Shown here one piece after another: positions 9,701 through 16,098 of a DNA stretch of 31,198 nt. The position numbers were made by a program, and so were the translations under genes. Numbering within the stretch: the stretch's first letter is position 1; each line of letters opens with the position of its first letter. The stretch comes from a virus (lineage: Duplodnaviria; Caudoviricetes). The stretch is taken from IMG/VR virus record IMGVR_UViG_3300017565_000253, positions 1-31,198 of that record. One strand, written 5' to 3'. The notes below the pieces were generated by a model. The model was not told the DNA's origin. It did not search any database and was given only the letters and a program-made list of their open reading frames with translations.

Positions 9701-10569
9701 CAGACGTGACGAAGCTGGTAGCGTCTCATGTCGTGGTATCGGAGATGCTGGATGCATCCATTGCTGTCGCTACAGGCAAAGCGACGCGAAAGCAGATCGC
9801 CAACCTCGCGGAATCCGGCATCGACGGCCAGATGGCGACGCGGATCGCCGAACAGTATGCCAAGGGCGGTGCGGAGATCGACGGCGTGCGGCTGCCGAAT
9901 ACGGCGGACTGGACGGATCAACAAGCGGCGCAGGCGCTCAATGGCGCCATCGCCCGTGAGGTGGATATCGCCGTCACGACGCCAGGACAGGAGAAGTCCA
10001 ACTGGTTGTCGCAGCCTGTGCTTGGCGTTTTGGGGCAGTTCAAATCCTTCACCGCCTCTTCCACCGAGCGCATTATGATCGCGAATCTGCAACGCCGGGA
10101 CGCCCAGACCTTGCAGGGCCTGATTATTTCAATCGGCCTTGGAATGATGAGTTATAAGCTCAACAGCATGACTGGCGGCCAACCTACCAGCGACCGTCCG
10201 CAGGACTGGGTGAAGGAAGGCATCACGCGCTCCGGCGTTCTCGGCTGGTTCGAGGAAGGGAATGCGCTGGCGTCCAAGGCGACCCGCGGCGGGGTGGACA
10301 TTTATCGCCTGATCGGCGCGGACAAGCCGGCGTCACGCTTCGTCTCCCGCAGCGCGGCGGACATGCTGCTCGGGCCGACCTGGGGCAAGATCCAGAGCCT
10401 GCCGGGACTGACGGGCGCGGCGGCGTCGGGGGACTGGTCCGAAAGCGACACACGGGCGCTGCGCCGGCTGATCGCTTTGCAGAATCTGTTCTATGTCCGT
10501 GGCCTGTTCAATGAGGTCGAGCGTGGCGCGAATGGTATGTTCGGCGTGGAGATGCGGCTGCGGCCATGA
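6772..10569 (+). CDS. Large internal virion / DNA-ejection protein (T7 gp16-like)
   Basis: 1265 aa, helical, with Ala/Gly-rich hydrophobic N-terminal segments and a central coiled coil. Motifs YFPHVW, GQFKSFT, LIISIGLG and ITRSGVLG parallel motifs I recall from T7 gp16 (YVPHVY, MQFKSFT, IITSMGLAG, LSRSSQLG). Confidence 0.75.
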   Translation: MPLIFPDEPYTPQTRVPTGVEPPREMPPSGPAVQAAAMRQENPIVNLATRLFAESYPEEPGHNPLDIIRDTPFEERHLDLFANSRSEAETRSIMRRIEGEDADRRMLDAAGFAGVVAQFGAGMFDPTIALPAGTIYRNARGGLSIGRSAMSAAAAGTLQAGVAEAALQAGQETRTAAESAMAIGSATLLSGLLGAGAVALLARSERDVLVNALDRMRDEIDAHAGNRPEAAAPPGQAGAEAASGPVGRGAEVGMRPAAANDAGSPAMAASAGAAAADTRQLNLAGALGIEKIPMGPFGSPTRRTLMSESIPARRVMADLAETPYRFEGDEVPTKGPAASRIISMEVNGTKVQVSDEMDRLFAEYRFGGEQVWFPRGRAQFERFTGQADQLMTYADFKRAVARAAMFGDSHEIPQVAQAAQFIRRKVFEPWATRAEKAIPEFKRTAAAEGEAYFPHVWNKQKVRAQRPEFVDKITDHYVADQAKKAAAKQRLTFLQAQLRSWNQQIGKLDARFARIETRLDDLASRSAERDVADSAARNRAEALEERHGRIANEAAELDDAIALLEEIGPANPTVRAILERTETMLGRATVRYDRTGAVTAEAVRAERRNLKRIEVLKERLENAEARKSLIEEYRAVADQVRSEIRAKIEAEIAAWEGKSTAEARSALKAREQYAADAERGADAPRLEGADDAVDRAVRRIIESDRDLDAGDLRRRAEETVDRILGSPDGRLPYDMNMGGPRMGVPTGPAQRGSLAGRQFDVSNAWAADWIVDDIEEVVAMHLRTMVPDVVLSERFGDVDMTQSFRAVQEDYADRIGKAKSEKARVALSKERDRVIADLAAVRDRLRSTFGWSPEYGMQQAARFATAAKLLNNLTMMGVAAVTSINDMAGIVFRYGLSSALEKGWKVYLTQIARGTEPGVRFKKQMRALGIGAETALATRQHAFDDITDVYRPGSRFERTLHAASDKFFILNLQAPLTDVTKLVASHVVVSEMLDASIAVATGKATRKQIANLAESGIDGQMATRIAEQYAKGGAEIDGVRLPNTADWTDQQAAQALNGAIAREVDIAVTTPGQEKSNWLSQPVLGVLGQFKSFTASSTERIMIANLQRRDAQTLQGLIISIGLGMMSYKLNSMTGGQPTSDRPQDWVKEGITRSGVLGWFEEGNALASKATRGGVDIYRLIGADKPASRFVSRSAADMLLGPTWGKIQSLPGLTGAAASGDWSESDTRALRRLIALQNLFYVRGLFNEVERGANGMFGVEMRLRP

Positions 10570-10573
10570 TCGC

Positions 10574-11128
10574 TCAGATTTCCATCCCACGCGCCTTTGG
10601 CGTGGGAGTGTCGGGGGGTGTTGTTCGAGGCGCAGTTTGCGAAGGAGGTGATAGCGCGGCCTTCGCGCGCATCTCGATCACCGCGTTCGAAATACCTGGG
10701 ATGTAGTTTTTACGATTAATGTCGCGGTAGTCTTTCGCGCTGATATTGATTTCGTACTTATACTGGGCAATCACCAGTGCGCTGACGACCCTCTCCCAGT
10801 CACCATTGCAACGATCATAGGCTGCCCGCGCAATGGAATCAGCGGCATCCGAATTGGTCGCGGCGAATATCACTGCTAGCTCCACCGAGCATTTTACAGC
10901 AACCTTGGTCGCCGACGTGACGAGCGGGTCGTCCAAAAGTAAGCGCACGCGTTCGCTGAACGGCTGCTGATTCGGGCCAAGAGAGAGCGGCGATCGTGCA
11001 AATTCTGTTGGACTGGTGGGCGGAGAATAATTTGTGGCTGGTGGGATATAGGTCGAAGCCGGCGGGGAGCCCGTGGTGGTGCAGCCGACCAGATGGCAGG
11101 CTAGAGCAATCCCCCCGAGCTTACGCAT
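10574..11128 (-). CDS. Putative lipoprotein
   Basis: MRKLGGIALACHLVG|C: basic N-region, hydrophobic core and LVGC lipobox, then a Pro/Thr/Ser linker; ATG at 11128. Confidence 0.7.
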   Translation of the reverse strand: MRKLGGIALACHLVGCTTTGSPPASTYIPPATNYSPPTSPTEFARSPLSLGPNQQPFSERVRLLLDDPLVTSATKVAVKCSVELAVIFAATNSDAADSIARAAYDRCNGDWERVVSALVIAQYKYEINISAKDYRDINRKNYIPGISNAVIEMRAKAALSPPSQTAPRTTPPDTPTPKARGMEI

Positions 11129-11314
11129 GACATTTCCCCCCACCGTTGCGGGTATTGATTCCGCAACTTTGGCGCGGCCGCAAGGGGGTAGTTAGTAATT
11201 AGTTAAGACTAGGCACCTGACGCACTATCTCTGACATTTCGATCACGCCGCGGTGGCGGCAGCGCAGCACTCGACGGGCAATGGCGGATAGCGGGTCAAT
11301 TAGCAGGCTTGTTC

Positions 11315-11491
11315 TCAACAATCTGAGCATCCAGATTGGGTCGCACCCAACTGCTCTCTCAACCCGCAAGACTGGCAGAGCAATACATTCGACTCTGGGC
11401 CGGACGACTGTTCCGTCCGCAACCCTATGATATCCGTGGATCCGCATTCGAGGCATTTGTGGTCGCGCACCGCATAGAAGTCTAATCGCAT
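11315..11491 (-). CDS. Small zinc-ribbon protein, possibly a pseudogene fragment
   Basis: GAGGA RBS before ATG at 11491; CLEC, CQSC and CSDC motifs. Confidence 0.4.
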   Translation of the reverse strand: MRLDFYAVRDHKCLECGSTDIIGLRTEQSSGPESNVLLCQSCGLREQLGATQSGCSDC

Positions 11492-11519
11492 CACGTCCTC
11501 GGCTTCAAAGTCATCGCTG

Positions 11520-11693
11520 TCCCGCTTCCTATACCACGTCGCGCGGCTGACCTTGGCGCTGTGCCCCACCGTCTCGCGTCCCCGGCAGGCGCTTGGCGCG
11601 CTAACAGTGGGAGACTGGCGCAGGTTGATCGCCTTTCAGAACGTGCACGGCCTGGGCAATGAGGTCGAGGACGAGGCCAACGGCCACCGCTGA
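11520..11693 (+). pseudogene. Degenerate second copy of the 3' end of the ejection-protein gene
   Basis: Translates SRF...LALCPT...LGALTVGDWRRLIAFQNVHGLGNEVEDEANGHR*, versus SRF...MLLGPT...TGAAASGDW(SESDTRAL)RRLIALQN(LFY)VRGLFNEVERGANG in the intact gene. Exact 13-mer CAATGAGGTCGAG at 10509 and 11657. Confidence 0.8.
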
Positions 11694-11709
11694 CCGAATA
11701 GCAGATCAG

Positions 11710-12627
11710 CTATTCGGATTTCATTTCTGACCAGCTATACAAGGCTCTTAAAGTGAGCACTGGCCTAACTGGTGCCTCCGAGATATCGCCAATTCGACGC
11801 CATTTGTGGACCTCTTCCATAGATAGGACGCCCACCTCGAACGCGTTTGAGATGATTGTATCATTAATCTGATCGTGGAATCCTGACAGACGAATGATAG
11901 GAAATTGCCCAAAGTATAGCTGTCGTGAAACTAAGAGACCAACGGTGAGGTCTATAGGAACCTTCATTCCGTGGCCGTTTTCCATCATCAAAGGTCGATT
12001 GAGAATCGGAATGCGATCATGTTGTCCAGGCTCAGTCGGATATCGTCCAGCGTCCCATTCCGAAGATGCGATTGAAAGCACTGTGCCGAGATTTTCCTGT
12101 GAACCAGAATCAAAAACCGGAACAGATTCGTAAAAATTCAAAGGAGTAGTGAACGGTAGTGGTGCGCTCATACGAAAGCCGAAAGACATTGCTGCTGAAC
12201 GAAAGTCGCAAATTACAGGAATTTTTAAGCGTGCTTGCCATTTGTGAGGATCGGTGTCGATCGGGCTGTAAAGATCTATCTGCAATTGCTGAGCTCGGGC
12301 CTTTGCATTTGGAGTGAATCCCGAAGGGCACACTATCACGCCTCGCTGAACTTCGACGTCGTCGAATAGACCCGCACACTCCTCAACATCTTTGATGTCT
12401 ACCTTTGCTTTGTAGTCCTTGCAGTCAATTGCGATTTTAATCGAGTATTGGCCGATACTATCTTCTATAAGTACATCGATCTGTCGGTCGGCCCCAGACT
12501 TCCCTTTGATCCTTACGTTGTGGGAAACTTTAGAATTTGGTGCGAGATCCTGCTGAATTTTAGCAACCAGCTTCTCAAGCTTCAGATAGTCCGCTTCGGT
12601 TGCGGGAAATTCATTGTCGTCGCTCAT
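11710..12627 (-). CDS. Mrr_cat-like PD-(D/E)XK restriction endonuclease with an uncharacterised C-terminal domain
   Basis: GKSGADRQIDVL...IAIDCKDY..KVDI.DV...GVIVCPSGFT..A motif. GGAG RBS before ATG 12627; visibly lower GC than the flanks. Confidence 0.85.
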   Translation of the reverse strand: MSDDNEFPATEADYLKLEKLVAKIQQDLAPNSKVSHNVRIKGKSGADRQIDVLIEDSIGQYSIKIAIDCKDYKAKVDIKDVEECAGLFDDVEVQRGVIVCPSGFTPNAKARAQQLQIDLYSPIDTDPHKWQARLKIPVICDFRSAAMSFGFRMSAPLPFTTPLNFYESVPVFDSGSQENLGTVLSIASSEWDAGRYPTEPGQHDRIPILNRPLMMENGHGMKVPIDLTVGLLVSRQLYFGQFPIIRLSGFHDQINDTIISNAFEVGVLSMEEVHKWRRIGDISEAPVRPVLTLRALYSWSEMKSE

Positions 12628-12994
12628 CGCAAGCTCCGTGTTCACGCCGCTGTGGGCGCAAGCAAGATCGAGCTTGACCGCGAAACCAAGTCTGATCATT
12701 CTCAGACGTGTATCGGACCGCTACCCGCATCGCCGACCTTATCCGATGCGGGTCTGAGATCGAGAAGAATGCCACGACATCGGGAGAGCGTCGTGGCGTT
12801 TTCTTTTTCTCAGGTCGATTCGGAGGCTAGCTCTGTTCTTGGAAGCCGCAAGCGCTAGAACATTTGGCGAACTGTCTGTACCCAAATATCACAGGCAATC
12901 TGGTAACTGTGACTTCAACTTGACTCTGGTGCGTTGCAGAGCGCCGGCTATCGGGAGAAACCCGGACCATCCGCACCAGCGAATGGCGAGAACC

Positions 12995-13510
12995 ATGACT
13001 TTCCATATCATCGGTGAAGCGTCGGGAATGGACGACATCCACCGCGTGCTGCGCGACCGCGCTGAGGAGATCGGCGCGTCCAGGATGACGCTCGATGAGG
13101 CGACCGGGCTTCCATCAGGCTACAGCGCAAAGCTGCTCTGTAACCCGCCGATCAAAGGGCTCGGCAAGCTGTCGCTAGGCCTGATGCTGCAAACCTTGGG
13201 GCTTCGGCTGCTGGTCGTTGAGGACCCAGATGCAACGGCAGCTGTGGCCCCTCTTCTGCCCCCGAAGCATGCTTCTCGCGATACGCGCTCGAAGGTCAAC
13301 CAGGACATTTCTCTTCGTCCGGACATACAGGCCATTGTTGCACGCCGTGTCCGCGAGGAAATGAAGGCTCAGAGCAGCCGCGGGGGCTTCGCCAGCCAGC
13401 GCAGCAAGACGCCCGAGCAGCGCCAAGCCCAGGGGCGCCGTGGCGCCATGGCCCGCTGGCACGGCCAGAGAGCCTCAAACGCAGCGGCCACTGGCGGACC
13501 ATCCGAATAA
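12995..13510 (+). CDS. XRE/Cro-like HTH protein with basic C-terminal tail
   Basis: RAEEIGASRMTLDEATGLPSGYSAKLL...LQTLGLRL HTH pattern; start at ATG 12995 chosen, but uncertain. Confidence 0.6.
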   Translation: MTFHIIGEASGMDDIHRVLRDRAEEIGASRMTLDEATGLPSGYSAKLLCNPPIKGLGKLSLGLMLQTLGLRLLVVEDPDATAAVAPLLPPKHASRDTRSKVNQDISLRPDIQAIVARRVREEMKAQSSRGGFASQRSKTPEQRQAQGRRGAMARWHGQRASNAAATGGPSE

Positions 13511-13912
13511 TAATACCTGCTCATCTCTGACCGCTTGCGCGGCGCGAACGGCATGTTGTGCCAGCCCGTCACCGATCGCCAGATCGAACGCGAGAATTGT
13601 CCAAGCACGGGCGCGAGCATCCGCGAGACTAGCCGGCTTTGCGGCGGTCGCCCTTTCGACGAGGGCCTTCTCCAGATCGTAAGCAAATTCGGTGATGTTG
13701 TTGAGGATCACTCCCGCACCATTTAGAACGGCCGTATCGCCCTCCTCGAAACGAGGCTGACAAGTCATGGCCTCCGTGACCTGAGCAATCGTCCGGATCG
13801 CCTGACAGAGGCCGCGGACCTCGTTGAACGATAGTGCCTCAATATCTGCATCGGTAACCGCAAGAACAACAGGCAAGCTGGCGGCGGCTGCCGGATTGGA
13901 GGATTTCGGCAT
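13475..13912 (-). CDS. Hypothetical protein
   Basis: GGAG RBS upstream; divergent from the XRE gene across an AT-rich operator region. Confidence 0.6.
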   Translation of the reverse strand: MPKSSNPAAAASLPVVLAVTDADIEALSFNEVRGLCQAIRTIAQVTEAMTCQPRFEEGDTAVLNGAGVILNNITEFAYDLEKALVERATAAKPASLADARARAWTILAFDLAIGDGLAQHAVRAAQAVRDEQVLLFGWSASGRCV

Positions 13913-13924
13913 GAAAGGCTCCGT

Positions 13925-13997
13925 TGATATCTAGGTATCAGTATGATACATATAGATCACTGTTAGCCATTTGTCAATACTTTTAGATCACTGTGAT
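13925..13997. promoter_or_regulatory. Divergent promoter with three 16-bp operator-like palindromes
   Basis: TGATATCTAGGTATCA (13925-13940), TGATACATATAGATCA (13944-13959), CAATACTTTTAGATCA (13975-13990); TAGATCACTGT repeated at 13953 and 13984. Confidence 0.65.
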
Positions 13998-14001
13998 CCT
14001 T

Positions 14002-14247
14002 ATGGACATTCCGACCGGTAGACAGATCGCAGCGGCCCGGGCCCTTCTTGGCTTGACCCAAGCCGAGGTTGCCCTCCGCTCAAAGCTTTCCGTACCGACG
14101 CTCAAGAGAATGGAGGCGAGCGAAGGGCCGATAGCGGCTATGCAGAACAACGTCGATAGTTTGGTCCGAACGCTCGAGGAGGCCGGCGTCGAGTTCATCG
14201 CGGAGAATGGCGGTGGTGCCGGTGTCCGGCTAAACAAAAGGTCATGA
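14002..14247 (+). CDS. XRE-family HTH transcriptional regulator
   Basis: QIAAARALLGLTQAEVA..S.LS..TLKRME...LEEAGVEFIAENGGGAGVRL, a common alphaproteobacterial XRE signature. Confidence 0.9.
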   Translation: MDIPTGRQIAAARALLGLTQAEVALRSKLSVPTLKRMEASEGPIAAMQNNVDSLVRTLEEAGVEFIAENGGGAGVRLNKRS

Positions 14248-14681
14248 ACCCTCCATCCGGACCACTGTTTGTTACCCGCGAACAAGCAGCTACGCGTCAG
14301 GTGGAGGCGGCAATCTCAGCTCTTGAACGTGGTGAATTTGACATCGCCATCACGCTCGCCGGCGCCGCGGAGGGGATGTTTGACTTTCGAAAGGAAGGAA
14401 CAATTCTCGAAGGAATAGCGAACGCTGAACGGGCCCTGACGCACTTCGAAAAGAAAGACTGGATCAATATCCTGAACATGGAGCGTAATTGGCTCAAACA
14501 TTCGAGCGATCGTACCGGCACGATAGCCATCGAACTGTTCTCGGCTGCGTTCATGATTGCCCGAGCTGCGAGCAAGCTGACCCATTGGACGCAACCGCTT
14601 CACGACTTCAAGGCGTGGTATCTTGGCTGGTTATCCACTTACAATCCGTCTTTGCCGGATGATCAAGTTGAGCCCCAATGA
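14244..14681 (+). CDS. Putative HEPN-like protein
   Basis: N-terminal helix pattern AISALERGEFDIAITLAGAAE and Rx4H motif RNWLKH; ATGA-coupled to the XRE gene. Confidence 0.55.
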   Translation: MNPPSGPLFVTREQAATRQVEAAISALERGEFDIAITLAGAAEGMFDFRKEGTILEGIANAERALTHFEKKDWINILNMERNWLKHSSDRTGTIAIELFSAAFMIARAASKLTHWTQPLHDFKAWYLGWLSTYNPSLPDDQVEPQ

Positions 14682-15034
14682 CCACTAAGAAGCCTCCAAT
14701 CAAGATGCCGACGCACATCCCGCTCTATCCGAGCGAAAATCTCATCGCCATCTTGGTGCTGGGCGACCGCGCGCGGGACTGGCCTGGCGTGGCGGCGCTA
14801 GATGAGCGGAAAGGTTTGCCGAAGATCGACCCTGTTCGCGGCGGGCGGTATTGGCCAGCTGTAAAAGCTTTCTACGATATGCACAACGGCGTGAGTTCAA
14901 TCGCTGCGGCAAGCTCTTACCCCATCAGCAGAGGCATTCGGATTGCACCTTTTGCGCTAGACGGCGAGGAAACGCCGCACATTGAGAAGGCAATGGCGCG
15001 CCGCAGGGGCCGCCGCAAGCCGGCATGGGGTTAA
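14678..15034 (+). CDS. Small winged-helix/excisionase-like protein
   Basis: GLPKIDPVRGGRYWPAVKAFYD pattern. Last gene before attR, so it would sit next to int in the excised circle. Confidence 0.5.
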   Translation: MTTKKPPIKMPTHIPLYPSENLIAILVLGDRARDWPGVAALDERKGLPKIDPVRGGRYWPAVKAFYDMHNGVSSIAAASSYPISRGIRIAPFALDGEETPHIEKAMARRRGRRKPAWG

Positions 15035-15094
15035 GATGTGGGTATGTCGGATAACGACGAGAATACCTCTGTAATATCAATATGATTGCGCGGA

Positions 15095-15108
15095 CACCCC
15101 CTCCGCCA
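15095..15108 (+). repeat. attR core of element 1 and junction with element 2
   Basis: CACCCCCTCCGCCA, identical to 805-818. Confidence 0.9.
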
Positions 15109-15384
15109 CTTGCTCTCGCGAAAGCGTTCTCCCGATCTGGCTCCGGCCGGATTTTCCCGTTGCTTTCGAGGGTTATGCGCGGTTGGCTTTGCACTGGCGT
15201 CCTCGCTGCAGCAGCCGGAATGGTTCTCTGAAGCCCGATATTCTCCGGACCTCTCGACTGCGCGCATCCGGTGTAGAGCCCGTAACCGATTGAAAATATG
15301 GGGACAGATCCTCGCGCCACCTGAACACTTCGACGCCGGTGGCGTTCGTGAGATGGAACAGAAATCGAACTCCTGCAGTGAGCT

Positions 15385-16098
15385 TCAATCCGACAGGGGA
15401 AGCGCGTTGAGGTCGGATCGGATTTGCCGCCATCCCGGCATGTTGCGATCAAGGGTCTGCAAGAAGAGTTCGTCGTGTCGCGGTGACACGAAATGGGCCA
15501 TCTCATGCAAGATGACGTAGTCGACGGCGGGCAGAGGTTTCTTCGCGAGGTCAAGGTTCAGCCACACCAGCCCCTTTTCGGGATTGCAGCTGCCCCACTT
15601 CGTCTTCATCAACCTGATGCCCCACCGCGGTATCGGTACGCTTAGCCGATCTGACCACTTGGCGATGCGGGGAGCGGCCTTTTCCCGCAGCTGAGATCGG
15701 TACCACGTCGCCATCCAGCGTGCTTTCTGATCGGTCGTTGAGCCTTCTGGCACCAACATCATCAGGCGATCCGAAGGGTCTGGACGGATCACACAGCGGT
15801 TCTGGTCGTTCGGCTGGACCAGAAGCCTGAGCGGTTTTCCGAAGACAAAATGGGTTTCGCCGGAGACATGCCGGCGTTTGGGTTGGCGGGCCTGACCTTC
15901 GAACTCGCGCCGCTTCTTCTTGATCCAGCCCAGCCGGGTCACAACTGCGACCCGGACGGCGTCTTCGCTGATGGCCGGAGGGGCAGCGACCCGCACGCGA
16001 CCGGCCGGAGGATAGACCCCGATATGCAGATTCTTGATCGGCTTGCGGACCAGTTCCACCGAAAGCCCGGCGATCTCGATCAGCTCAGTATTCATCAT
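15385..16098 (-). CDS. M48/YgjP (DUF45) zinc metallopeptidase associated with type I RM
   Basis: RKPIKNLHIGVYPP, MKTKWGSCN and HEMAH zinc motif; overlaps the hsdR 3' end. Confidence 0.92.
   Translation of the reverse strand: MMNTELIEIAGLSVELVRKPIKNLHIGVYPPAGRVRVAAPPAISEDAVRVAVVTRLGWIKKKRREFEGQARQPKRRHVSGETHFVFGKPLRLLVQPNDQNRCVIRPDPSDRLMMLVPEGSTTDQKARWMATWYRSQLREKAAPRIAKWSDRLSVPIPRWGIRLMKTKWGSCNPEKGLVWLNLDLAKKPLPAVDYVILHEMAHFVSPRHDELFLQTLDRNMPGWRQIRSDLNALPLSD

Larger units (their letters stand above)
805..15108. mobile_element. Integrated phage-satellite-like element (~14.3 kb) in tRNA-Ser
   Basis: 14-bp direct repeats at both ends, integrase next to the tRNA, AlpA-like HTH, helicase plus iterons, TerS-like gene; no recognisable capsid, portal or TerL. 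Confidence 0.85.
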
